64,000 nt of DNA from Clostridia bacterium. GTDB taxonomy: Bacteria > Bacillota > Clostridia > Christensenellales > UBA1242. The stretch is taken from contig JAVVRP010000001.1 in NCBI GenBank assembly GCA_036654655.1, forward strand, positions 74,426-138,425. Direction: 5' to 3'. Below the pieces are notes generated by a model. It saw only the letters and a program-made list of their open reading frames with translations, had not been told where the DNA came from and searched no databases. The position numbers and the translations under genes were made by a program. This document shows, piece after piece, positions 47,694-56,974 of this stretch; within the stretch, counting starts at the first letter, position 1, and every line of letters starts with the position of its first letter.

Positions 47694-50083
47694 AAATAAC
47701 GTTTAACTGGTTAAAAGATTTTGTTGAAATTGACTGCGATGTAAATCAAGTTGCAAACAGATTGACAAATGCAGGTTTTGAAGTTGACGAAATTGTGTAT
47801 CAAGATAAATATTTAAAAAATGTTGTTGTTGGAAAAATAATTGAAGTTAAAAAGCATCAAAATGCAAACAAACTTAGAATTTGCAAAGTTGATATTGGCG
47901 AAAAAATTGTTCAAATTATAACTGCTGCAACAAATTGTGATCAAGGAGATTTTGTCCCAGTTGCCCTTGCAGGTGCCAATCTTGCAAATGGCGTTAAAAT
48001 TGAAGAATCAATGCTTAGAGGAGAGTTGTCCCAAGGGATGTTCTGCTCCGGGCAAGAACTTGGGTTTGGTGACGAACTTGTTATGGGTGCAAGCGTTAAT
48101 GGAATTTTAATAATAACAAATAAATGTAATCCAGGAATGAAAATTTATGATTTATATCATTTAAATGACATTATGCTAGATGTTAGCATAACAGCAAACA
48201 GGCCAGATTGTATGAGCGTTTTAGGGCTGGCAAGAGAAGTGGGAGCACTGCTTAACAAGCCTGTTAAAAATCCAAAACTAAATTATATTTGTGATGAAAA
48301 TGATGACATAAACAAATATATTTCAGTTGTTGTTAAAGATTATGAATTTTGTCCACGATATATGGCATCAGCAGTTAAAAATGTTAAAATTGAAAAATCT
48401 CCACTTTGGCTTAGAGCGCGCCTTCATTGTGTTGGTATTAAACCTATAAATAACATTGTTGACATAACAAATTATGTTCTTGTTGAAATAGGGCAACCTA
48501 TGCACGCATTTGACCACAATAATATAAATGGAAAGCAAATTATTGTTCGATTGGCTGATGGAGAAAAAACAAAACTTCTTAATAATAATGAATATGTTTT
48601 AGGGAAAAATTATTTGGCAATATGTGACCAGACATTGCCCATGGTTCTTGCTGGAATTATTGGGAACATAAATTCCTCTGTAACAAATGAAACAAAAACA
48701 ACTGTTTTTGAAAGTGCAACTTTTTGCAGAAGCAACATCAGGAGAACCAGTCGCGAAATAGGCATAAGAACTCCTGCATCTTCTCGATATGAAAAGGGTG
48801 TAGATATTTCTTTGCCAGAAATTGGAATTAAAAGAGCCTTAAATTTGATATGCCAACTTGGCTGTGGAGATGTTGTTTGTGGCATTATTGACAATAAAGT
48901 AAAATCATCAAATTCACAAATTCGTGAATTTTCCATAAAACAAATTGAATCTATTTTAGGAATTAATGTTGAAAAACAAAGGCTAATTTCAATTTTGAAA
49001 AGTTTGGGAGTTCCGTCAAAAATTAATAATAATATTTTAATTTGCAATGTCCCTTCAATTCGATTTGATTTAGAAAACGATGCGGATATTGCAGAAGAAT
49101 ACATAAGAATATATGGCTATTCTGTTTATGAAACAATTGAAAACCCGCCATTAGAAAAAACAAAATTTAGCAGTGGTAAACTTAACCCTCTTGTTGTGGT
49201 TGGCAGAAAAATAATGCAAAGTTTATGTGGAAAAGGATATTTTCAAGCCATTAATTATTCTTTGGTTCCAGAAAATTCTAATTCTTTGCTAAACATAGAA
49301 CCAGAAAATTTTATAAAGATTTCAAATCCTATAAGTGAGGATATGAATACATTAAGAACACAAATGGGATATTCAATATTTGCAAATATATCCAGAAATT
49401 TTAAACGAGGCAACAAATCTGTTAAAATTTTTGAAATTGGAAGAACATATTTCCCAAAACAAATGCCTATTATAAATTTGCCCACAGAAAAAAATATTGT
49501 TGCTTTTGCAACCACACAAGAAAATAACAACTTTTTTACAATGAAAGGTGATATTCTTACAATATTAAATGAATTTGACGTTAAAGTAGAATTTAAACGC
49601 GCTTCAAACTCAATGTTCCACCCTGGCGTGTCTGCAATTATTGAGGATGCAAACACAAAAACAAATATTGGTTACTTTGGAAAAATTCATCCAAAAGTTG
49701 CTAAAAATTTTCAAATCAGTGAAGATACTTTTTACGGCGAAATTAACATGGATTACCTTTTTAATTTGTGTAATAAAAAAATATATGCAAAAGTACTTTC
49801 AAAATTCCCAGTTGTGGAACGTGATATTGCAGTAATTGTAAGCGAAAAAACAACTGTTGAAGAACTAAGTGCAAGTATCAAAAAATCTTGTGGAAAAATT
49901 TTTGAGTCTGTTGATTTATTTGATATTTACAGGGGTAGCCAAGTTGAAAATGGCAAGAAAAGTTTAGCATACAAAATTAAATTTTCCGCATTGGATAGAA
50001 CGCTTGTTGATGATGAAGTAAATGAAATTGTCAAAAAGATATTAAAAGATTTGGAATTTAAATTTGGAGCGAGATTAAGATGA
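47690..50083 (+). CDS. pheT: Phenylalanyl-tRNA synthetase beta subunit
   Basis: 797 aa with N-terminal tRNA-binding OB, B3/4, B5 and C-terminal FDX-ACB domains. ATGA overlap with pheS. Confidence 0.95.
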   Translation: MKITFNWLKDFVEIDCDVNQVANRLTNAGFEVDEIVYQDKYLKNVVVGKIIEVKKHQNANKLRICKVDIGEKIVQIITAATNCDQGDFVPVALAGANLANGVKIEESMLRGELSQGMFCSGQELGFGDELVMGASVNGILIITNKCNPGMKIYDLYHLNDIMLDVSITANRPDCMSVLGLAREVGALLNKPVKNPKLNYICDENDDINKYISVVVKDYEFCPRYMASAVKNVKIEKSPLWLRARLHCVGIKPINNIVDITNYVLVEIGQPMHAFDHNNINGKQIIVRLADGEKTKLLNNNEYVLGKNYLAICDQTLPMVLAGIIGNINSSVTNETKTTVFESATFCRSNIRRTSREIGIRTPASSRYEKGVDISLPEIGIKRALNLICQLGCGDVVCGIIDNKVKSSNSQIREFSIKQIESILGINVEKQRLISILKSLGVPSKINNNILICNVPSIRFDLENDADIAEEYIRIYGYSVYETIENPPLEKTKFSSGKLNPLVVVGRKIMQSLCGKGYFQAINYSLVPENSNSLLNIEPENFIKISNPISEDMNTLRTQMGYSIFANISRNFKRGNKSVKIFEIGRTYFPKQMPIINLPTEKNIVAFATTQENNNFFTMKGDILTILNEFDVKVEFKRASNSMFHPGVSAIIEDANTKTNIGYFGKIHPKVAKNFQISEDTFYGEINMDYLFNLCNKKIYAKVLSKFPVVERDIAVIVSEKTTVEELSASIKKSCGKIFESVDLFDIYRGSQVENGKKSLAYKIKFSALDRTLVDDEVNEIVKKILKDLEFKFGARLR

Positions 50084-51189
50084 TATATTTGGATAATTCA
50101 GCAACAACAAAAATGGATAACGATGCATGCAAGGTTTATTTGCAGACAAATCAGCAAATGTATTTAAATCCATCTGCGCCATATTCATTTGAAGTTAAAC
50201 AAAAATTAGAAAATGCAAGAAAAGCAATTGCATCAAAAATTAATGCAACACCCGAGCAAATAATTTTTACAGCAAGTGCAACCGAAGCCAATAATTTGGC
50301 AATTTTAGGTTCGCGAAAAAGCAATTCAAAATTTTTATTTTCCAGTGCCGAACATCCTTCTGTTTTTGAAATAACAAAACACTTTAAAATTGAAAATACA
50401 CCTTTTGAATTTATAAATCTTTTAAACGATGGTTTAATTGATGAAAGTGATTATTTAAAAAAACTTAACAATAACCCAACTTTTATTTCATGCTGTTATG
50501 TATGTAGCGAAAATGGTGCACTTAACAACATAAAGCAACTTGTTAACATTAAAAACAAATATAATAAATCAATCCTTTTTCACACAGATGCAACACAGGC
50601 TTTTGGAAAAATTGAAATTGATGTTATGCAATTAGGGGTTGATTTTTTAACATTCAGTGCACATAAAATTCACGGTCCAAAAGGGCTTGGAGTGCTTTAT
50701 GTTAAATATCCGCAAAAATTAAAATCATTAATTTTTGGCGGTGGCCAAGAATTTGGATTGCGCAGTGGAACAGAAAACTTTCCAGCAATCTTAGCGTTTG
50801 AAACTGTTGTTAAAAATCTTAATATTAAACAAAATTTTAAAAATGTGTCTATTTTAAAAAACAAATTTATAAAAAATTTAACTTGTGATTACATCAAAAA
50901 CATAGAAAATGACTTTCCATATATTATTTCAATTGCTTTTCCAAACGTGAAAGCAGAAACTTTTCAAAGAATATTATTTGAACGGGGAGTTTGTGTTGGA
51001 ACAGGCAGTGCATGCAGTTCAAAAAAAGAAGGCAATCGCGTTTTACAATCAATGGGGATTTCAAAAAAGCAAATAACCGAAAGTTTAAGGATTAGTTTTT
51101 CAATACATAACACTATAAAAGAAATTAACACTGCAACAACAATAATTTGCGAGGAATATTTAAAATTATTGCACAAAGTAAAAAAATAA
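50080..51189 (+). CDS. iscS: Cysteine desulfurase (class V aminotransferase, NifZ/IscS-like)
   Basis: PLP Lys in SAHKIHGPKG and catalytic Cys loop GTGSACSS. Overlaps the pheT stop. Lies upstream of thiI, like B. subtilis nifZ. Confidence 0.85.
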   Translation: MIYLDNSATTKMDNDACKVYLQTNQQMYLNPSAPYSFEVKQKLENARKAIASKINATPEQIIFTASATEANNLAILGSRKSNSKFLFSSAEHPSVFEITKHFKIENTPFEFINLLNDGLIDESDYLKKLNNNPTFISCCYVCSENGALNNIKQLVNIKNKYNKSILFHTDATQAFGKIEIDVMQLGVDFLTFSAHKIHGPKGLGVLYVKYPQKLKSLIFGGGQEFGLRSGTENFPAILAFETVVKNLNIKQNFKNVSILKNKFIKNLTCDYIKNIENDFPYIISIAFPNVKAETFQRILFERGVCVGTGSACSSKKEGNRVLQSMGISKKQITESLRISFSIHNTIKEINTATTIICEEYLKLLHKVKK

Positions 51190-51204
51190 TAAAAGGATGA
51201 AATA

Positions 51205-52374
51205 ATGAAAGAGCAAGAAAATAAAATTAGTGATAATGTAATCATTTTAAGATTTGGAGAATTGTTTTTAAAAGGTAAAAACCGAAGTTATTTTGAAAAT
51301 GCACTTTCAACAGACATAAGAAAAAAAATTTGCACTTATGGAGCAAAAGTAAAAAAAATAAACGGAAGATATATTGTTTGTGATTTTGAAGAGTCAAGTT
51401 TAGATAAAATTATTGAATCTATTCAAAAAGTTTTTGGTCTTGTAAGTTTAAGTGTTGCAACTAAAATTAAAACTGATGAATTAGCAATAAGAAATTTTTG
51501 CCAAAATTTAGTTTTAACAACAAATTCTTTTAGAGTAAGGGTCACTCGTGCGGACAAAACTTTTCCAATTTATTCAAATGATTTTGAAAAAGAGTTAGGC
51601 GGTGAAATTTTAAAGAATAATAAAATTAAAGTAAATCTTTTTAATCCGGAAAGTGATATTGTTGTTGATATCAGAGATGATGGTTTTACTTATATTTCAA
51701 CAAAAAAAATACAGTGTGCAGGAGGGCTTCCGGCAGGAACTGCGGGCAAAGGTCTGTCCTTGTTGTCAGGAGGGTTGGATAGCCCAATTGCAACATATTT
51801 AATGGCAAAACGGGGGCTTAAAATGAGTTGTTTGCATTTTCACTCTTATCCACACACAAGTTTGCAGGCAAAACAAAAAGTTGTTGAATTAAAAAATATT
51901 TTGTCAGAAACTCTTGGAACAACAAAACTTTACATGTGCTCAATCACAGAAATTCAAGAAGAAATTCATGCAAAATGCAAGAATGAGTTTTTAATAACAA
52001 TAATGCGAAGATTTATGATGCGTATTGCGCAAAAAATTTGCATAAAAAACAAATTAAGTTGCATTGTGACAGGTGAAAGTTTGGGGCAAGTTGCCAGCCA
52101 AACAGTTGAGGGAATAACGTGTACAAACAGCGTTGTAAATTTAATCCCAATTTTAAGGCCTCTTATTGCCTATGACAAACAAAATATAATTGAAATTGCA
52201 AACAAAATAAAAACTTTTGAAACATCAATTCAACCTTTTGAAGATTGCTGTACAGTTTTTTTGCCCGAGCATCCTGTTATTCATCCAAAACTTGAAGATG
52301 TTATTGAAGAAGAAAAAAAACTTGACGTCGATGGGCTAACAGAACGTTCATTACAATCCATAGAATTGCTATAA
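51205..52374 (+). CDS. thiI: tRNA 4-thiouridine synthase ThiI
   Basis: N-terminal ferredoxin-like and THUMP domains, plus PP-loop SGGLDSP. No rhodanese domain. Confidence 0.9.
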   Translation: MKEQENKISDNVIILRFGELFLKGKNRSYFENALSTDIRKKICTYGAKVKKINGRYIVCDFEESSLDKIIESIQKVFGLVSLSVATKIKTDELAIRNFCQNLVLTTNSFRVRVTRADKTFPIYSNDFEKELGGEILKNNKIKVNLFNPESDIVVDIRDDGFTYISTKKIQCAGGLPAGTAGKGLSLLSGGLDSPIATYLMAKRGLKMSCLHFHSYPHTSLQAKQKVVELKNILSETLGTTKLYMCSITEIQEEIHAKCKNEFLITIMRRFMMRIAQKICIKNKLSCIVTGESLGQVASQTVEGITCTNSVVNLIPILRPLIAYDKQNIIEIANKIKTFETSIQPFEDCCTVFLPEHPVIHPKLEDVIEEEKKLDVDGLTERSLQSIELL

Positions 52375-52461
52375 TGTTGATAAATAATTTGTAAATTTAA
52401 AATTTTTTAGTTTGATTTTAAATCATATTTTTTTGCTATAAGTAATTTATTATAAAAACAT

Positions 52462-52522
52462 TTGACAAAGTAAAAGTAAACAAGTAAACTAATTGTGTGA
52501 ACCAACTGCACGTTGGTTACAC
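52462..52522 (+). promoter_or_regulatory. rny promoter candidate plus 5'-UTR stem-loop
   Basis: TTGACA (52462-52467), 17-nt spacer, TAAACT (52485-52490). Followed by the hairpin gtgtgaaccaac-tgcac-gttggttacac (52495-52522; 11 bp, one bulge), then an A-run rather than a U-run. Confidence 0.4.
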
Positions 52523-52553
52523 AAAAAAATTTAAAATAGATTAAGGGGAAAAA

Positions 52554-54143
52554 ATGAGCAATTTAGCAAATGTATTGGCAGTTGCTCCTGTGATTTCAGT
52601 TTTAATTGGCATTGGCGCTTTAATAATAGGTGCTGTCTGTGGAGGGCTTATTTTTCGTTTTGTAACACAAAGCAAAAACGGAAAAAACAGCATAGCAGCG
52701 GCAAAAATTTTGGAAGATGCTTACGCTGAGGCAAAAACTGCAAAAAAGGAAGCAATATTAGAAGCAAAAGAAGAAGTCCATAAATTAAGAGTAGAGTGTG
52801 ATAAAGAACTTTCACTTAGAAGAAGCGAAATGCAACGTTCTGAGGACAGGGTTACACAAAAAGAAGAGTTTATTGACAAAAAAGAACTAAATTTGGATAA
52901 AAAACAAGAAGAAAACAATGATTTTAAAAGACAATTAGATGAAAAATATGTTGAAGTTTCAAAACTTATTGATGAACAATCTTTAATAAAGGGCAAAATG
53001 TTAACTGAATTAGAAAAAGTAGCGTCAATGCGTAAAGAAGATGCAAAAAATATGCTTATTACGCAAATAACCGAAGAAGCAAGAAAAACAGCAATTAAAA
53101 CAGTTAGAGAAATTGAAAATAACGCCGTTGAAGATGGAATAAAAAAAGCACAAAATATTGTTGCACTTGCAATTCAAAAATGTGCAACTGATATGACCTC
53201 AGAAATGACGGTGTCAGTTGTTTCTATTCCAAACGACGAAATGAAAGGAAGAATTATTGGCCGTGAAGGAAGAAATATAAGAGCGCTAGAATCGGCAACT
53301 GGTGTAGATTTAATTATTGACGATACGCCAGAAGCAATAACTGTTTCGTGCTTTGACCCTGTAAGAAGGGAGATTGCAAGGCTATCTCTTGAAAAACTTA
53401 TTTTGGACGGAAGAATTCATCCAACCAGAATTGAGGAGATTGTTGAAAAAGTTAAAAAAGATGTTGAACAAACAATAAAAGAAGCAGGCGAAAAAGCAGT
53501 TGAAGAAGCAAGCGTATATGGTTTAAATAGTGAAATTGTTAAAACTATGGGTAGGCTTAAATTTAGAACAAGTTATGGTCAAAATTGCTTGAAACATAGT
53601 TTGGAAACATGCCATATTGCAGGACTTTTGGCAGCAGAACTTGGTGCAGATATAAAAATTGCAAAACGTGGCGGATTGTTGCATGATATTGGCAAGGCAT
53701 TGGATCATGACCAAGAAGGCACTCACATTGAACTTGGTGTTGAACTTGCAAAAAAATATAAAGAAAGCCATGAAGTTATTCATTGTATACAGGCGCATCA
53801 TGGTGGAGTTGAATATGAAAGTGTTGAAGCAATTTTGGTTCAGGTTGCAGATGCAATTTCAAGTTCAAGGCCAGGTGCAAGACGTGAAAATGTTGAAACA
53901 TATGTTAAACGTTTGGAAAAGTTAGAAGAAATTGCAAATTCGTTTAAAGGTGTTGAAAAATCTTTTGCTATTCAAGCGGGCAGAGAGATAAGAATTATTG
54001 TTAAACCTGAGGAATTATCGGAAGATGATGCATCCTTATTAGCAAAGGACATTGCACAAAAGGTTGAAAATGAAATGCAATATCCGGGACAAATTAAAAT
54101 TAATGTTATAAGAGAAACAAGATTTACAGAAACTGCAAAATAA
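52554..54143 (+). CDS. rny: Ribonuclease Y
   Basis: N-terminal TM helix, coiled coil, KH domain (GRIIGREGRNIRALE) and HD domain (LLHDIGKA...HH). Confidence 0.95.
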   Translation: MSNLANVLAVAPVISVLIGIGALIIGAVCGGLIFRFVTQSKNGKNSIAAAKILEDAYAEAKTAKKEAILEAKEEVHKLRVECDKELSLRRSEMQRSEDRVTQKEEFIDKKELNLDKKQEENNDFKRQLDEKYVEVSKLIDEQSLIKGKMLTELEKVASMRKEDAKNMLITQITEEARKTAIKTVREIENNAVEDGIKKAQNIVALAIQKCATDMTSEMTVSVVSIPNDEMKGRIIGREGRNIRALESATGVDLIIDDTPEAITVSCFDPVRREIARLSLEKLILDGRIHPTRIEEIVEKVKKDVEQTIKEAGEKAVEEASVYGLNSEIVKTMGRLKFRTSYGQNCLKHSLETCHIAGLLAAELGADIKIAKRGGLLHDIGKALDHDQEGTHIELGVELAKKYKESHEVIHCIQAHHGGVEYESVEAILVQVADAISSSRPGARRENVETYVKRLEKLEEIANSFKGVEKSFAIQAGREIRIIVKPEELSEDDASLLAKDIAQKVENEMQYPGQIKINVIRETRFTETAK

Positions 54144-54151
54144 ATTTAATT

Positions 54152-54191
54152 AAAAAAAACTTCATTTTAATTATTAAGATGAAGTTTTTTT
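54152..54191. terminator. Bidirectional terminator between convergent rny and the PadR-like gene
   Basis: aaaaaaacttcat-N14-atgaagttttttt. Overlaps the stop codon of the minus-strand gene. Confidence 0.65.
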
Positions 54192-55758
54192 ATTTAATTT
54201 TATATTCAAAATATCTTATGATTAATTCTATTGGAATATCTAGTAACATTAAGCATGGAAGTAAAAACGTTGCAGAAAACAAATTAAAAGAAAGAGATGT
54301 CAGACCAAAAAATAAATTTATTCCAAACAGCAAACCTATTCCAATTAAAACAAAGCACACAGAATACAAAAATTTTGATTTAGTTATCTGTTCCTTATTT
54401 AAATTATGTTCACCATTGCATGCAAGCATAATTACATTTGAAATAATTGGTATAGCAATTAAAGCGGGCAATAAAACAAAAAGATATGGGGCTAAAACAT
54501 TTGCGCCTTTGGCACTAAAAAAAATAATCATTGATTCCAAGATGTTTAAAACAAAAATAATTGAAAACACAATTATATTTGTTTTTCTAACCCCAATTTT
54601 ATCATTTTTGCTTTGCGTTATGGTTTGATTCCCAAACTTTTCATAAATACAAAATTTTACATTTTGTTCGGCAAAAATCTTTTTTAAATCTTCAAAAGAA
54701 TTAGTTTCAGAAGCATGGCTACTATCAACAATGGCAATTTTGCTTTTTTTGTATAATTCTTCCACTAAATCTTTATACGTTAAATCCTGTTCTTTTTTTA
54801 TCAAATTAATTGAATTTCCAGATTGAACAGATTCAAACACTGCGGGTTCAATTTTTTTAACTTTTGGCAATTTATCAGGGTCGGGGTGTTCTGTAATGAA
54901 AACGCCGTCGTCTTTTTTTAATTCACCAATTTTAGGTTCCATAACAACAGCCTTTTCATTGGTTTTTATTATAAAATCTTCGTTATTCACATTTTTGCTA
55001 AAAGTGCTGTTATCTTCGTTTATCTCTTTTTTTTCATTAGGTGTTGTCAAATTGCTTTCAACTGGTGAAAATTTGTTTACAACATAACCGCTTTTAACGC
55101 AATCATAAAAACTTTGTACAGAACTTTTTTTGTTTTCCAATTCCCGTAAAAAATTGAATTGTGTGTTTAAAGCAGGTTTGACATCAAAATTTTTTTTATC
55201 TACATCATTTTGATTAATTAATTTTGCAAGCGAAATTTGACTCATAAGGATGCCATGCCAAAAAAACTTGTCAGCAAAAGGCTCAGGAACAACTTCTGTT
55301 TCATTTTTTGATTTAGAAACAGAATTTGTAATGTCGTTATTAATTATTGTTTGATTGCCAAACAAATTTGATTGAAAATATGTTTCTGTTAAATTTATTT
55401 CATCCTTTGGAATATTAATTTGTTCATTTTTTATGTTATTTGAAATTAATGATTCAACCATGGATTTTGACGTTTCAAAATCTTTTTTAGATAGCCCCAT
55501 TTGAAATTTGCCACTTTCAGTTAAACTGTAATAGTGGCGCTTGCCTCCAATTTCACTATCGCGCCAATAAGAACTAATAAACCCTTGTTTTTCCATTCTT
55601 TGTAGGCAACTGTAAAGTGACGGTTGTTTTATCAAAACCGCACCGTTTGTTTTTTCTTCAATAGATTTAATAATTTCATAGCCATATTTATCTTTATCTA
55701 TTAGTGAAGATAAAATAATGGTTGAAATTTGACCCCTAGGAATTTCGTTTGCGTTCAC
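54190..55758 (-). CDS. PadR-family winged-helix regulator fused to a long linker and a C-terminal multi-TM domain
   Basis: The N-terminal region GQISTIILSSLIDKDKYGYEIIKSIEEKTNGAVLIKQPSLYSCLQRMEKQGFISSYWRD...GKRHYYSLTESG is a PadR pattern. About 270 aa are N/K/E-rich. The last ~150 aa contain 4-5 hydrophobic helices. GTG start 7 nt after AAGGAG. Confidence 0.7.
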   Translation of the reverse strand: MNANEIPRGQISTIILSSLIDKDKYGYEIIKSIEEKTNGAVLIKQPSLYSCLQRMEKQGFISSYWRDSEIGGKRHYYSLTESGKFQMGLSKKDFETSKSMVESLISNNIKNEQINIPKDEINLTETYFQSNLFGNQTIINNDITNSVSKSKNETEVVPEPFADKFFWHGILMSQISLAKLINQNDVDKKNFDVKPALNTQFNFLRELENKKSSVQSFYDCVKSGYVVNKFSPVESNLTTPNEKKEINEDNSTFSKNVNNEDFIIKTNEKAVVMEPKIGELKKDDGVFITEHPDPDKLPKVKKIEPAVFESVQSGNSINLIKKEQDLTYKDLVEELYKKSKIAIVDSSHASETNSFEDLKKIFAEQNVKFCIYEKFGNQTITQSKNDKIGVRKTNIIVFSIIFVLNILESMIIFFSAKGANVLAPYLFVLLPALIAIPIISNVIMLACNGEHNLNKEQITKSKFLYSVCFVLIGIGLLFGINLFFGLTSLSFNLFSATFLLPCLMLLDIPIELIIRYFEYKIK

Positions 55759-55777
55759 AAAATAACTCCTTGAAATT

Positions 55778-55843
55778 ATTATATATTATTTTTATAATGC
55801 AGTCAACATTTTTTGCATAGTAGTTTTAAATTTGCATAGTACC
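55778..55843 (-). promoter_or_regulatory. Sigma-A promoter of the PadR-like gene, preceded by two direct TACTATGCAA repeats
   Basis: Minus-strand reading: GGGGTACTATGCAAATTTaaaacTACTATGCAAaaaatgTTGACT-N17-TATAAT. Coordinates: -35 at 55806-55801, -10 at 55783-55778, repeats at 55843-55832 and 55822-55813. Confidence 0.6.
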
Positions 55844-55944
55844 CCAATAGCCTTTAAGCATAACATTTTATTAATATAGCATAATACATACAGTATTAGA
55901 TTTATATATCTTATGAAACAATTAAAATCATATTAAATTGCATT

Positions 55945-55978
55945 AACTATTCGCAAAAGTATGCTTTTACGAATAGTT
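55945..55978 (-). terminator. Long hairpin downstream of the serS-coupled ORF (possible terminator)
   Basis: aactattcg(c)aaaag-tatg-ctttt(a)cgaatagtt: 14 bp with one mismatch. The trailing U-run on the minus strand is weak. Confidence 0.35.
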
Positions 55979-56008
55979 GTTTACATTTAAACTATCCCTT
56001 TCCCCGTG

Positions 56009-56974
56009 TTAAAAATCAAAAACATTTCCAATTGTTTTAAAAAATTTGCTCACCGAACTTATATTTGCATTAATAATTTTATCATCAAACAATTTTGTTT
56101 TATTATCCAAAATTGAAACAAAGGAGCAAATATTTGAAAAATTAATAAAATTTACAATACTTATTAAGTTTTCGCAGTTGTTCTCCCCGCCAAATAAACA
56201 ATTTGGTGAATTATATAACAGACTTTCCATAAGCATTTGACTTGGCATACAGCCAATTAAATTATAGTATAGATTATTTAAGCATCTAAGTATTGGATAA
56301 ATTTTTCCAGCAGTTTCAACTGATTTTTTTTGCAAATTTTCACGTCTTTTTGTAAAGTCAACTTCTATTATTTTATTTTTTATTGAATCAATAAACTTAA
56401 ATTTTAAATTTTTTTCTGTTGATAATGCAAAATAAACATCAATATTAAACCCAAGGTCCTGTGAGGCTAAAATGGATATCATATTTTGTTTTAAAACAAT
56501 TGTTGTTTCATTTGAAAAATAATTTAAAATTTCATTAAAAAAATCCTTTTGCAAAGCAGATATATCATATTTTTCAGGTTGTATATTTGTTTTTGTAAAA
56601 TTTTTATTTTTTGCTTGTTTTTTTTCTTTTTTTATTGCTTTTTTTGTATTTGAATTTCTGTTTTTCCATGCCAGTTTAACTTTTTTTAAAAACGCATAAA
56701 ACTTGTTTGATGTCATTTTTACAGTATTAAATTCAATTTGCGATGATTCAAAAACAAAAAGCAGTGTTATTGTTGAATTAAGAGTCCATGAATTATTAAA
56801 TAGTTCACATGCAGGCATTGTTTTTACAAATTTTCCTGCCACTCTGTTTTTTAATGCAATTTTACAAAAGTTTTCTTCTAGCACATCAGTAATGTTTTTT
56901 GCTACAATAACTGCCGAATCTTCATCACTTTTTTCACAAAAAAGTTCTATGGCATGTTTATTAAAAAGTTTCAA
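56009..56974 (-). CDS. Hypothetical protein, possibly a Pol-beta-superfamily nucleotidyltransferase fold with a degenerate active site
   Basis: 321 aa. TTG start overlaps the serS TGA (TTGA), with AAGGA upstream. ACELFNNSWTLNSTITLLFVF sits where GS...SDIDLLV would be. NIDVYFAL and ILRCLNNLYYNLIGCMPSQMLMESLLYNSP resemble NTase/OAS-like helical-domain patterns. Assignment is by eye only. Confidence 0.3.
   Translation of the reverse strand: MKLFNKHAIELFCEKSDEDSAVIVAKNITDVLEENFCKIALKNRVAGKFVKTMPACELFNNSWTLNSTITLLFVFESSQIEFNTVKMTSNKFYAFLKKVKLAWKNRNSNTKKAIKKEKKQAKNKNFTKTNIQPEKYDISALQKDFFNEILNYFSNETTIVLKQNMISILASQDLGFNIDVYFALSTEKNLKFKFIDSIKNKIIEVDFTKRRENLQKKSVETAGKIYPILRCLNNLYYNLIGCMPSQMLMESLLYNSPNCLFGGENNCENLISIVNFINFSNICSFVSILDNKTKLFDDKIINANISSVSKFFKTIGNVFDF

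Noticed and set aside
55860-55925. Possible dif site (tatata core followed by TTATGAAAC) near the point where gene orientation switches from mostly + to mostly -
   Set aside because: Only about 7 of 11 positions match in the XerD arm, and no acceptable XerC arm is present under any alignment I tried. The region is simply AT-rich. A terminus call would need a cumulative GC-skew analysis of the whole replicon, which I cannot do here.
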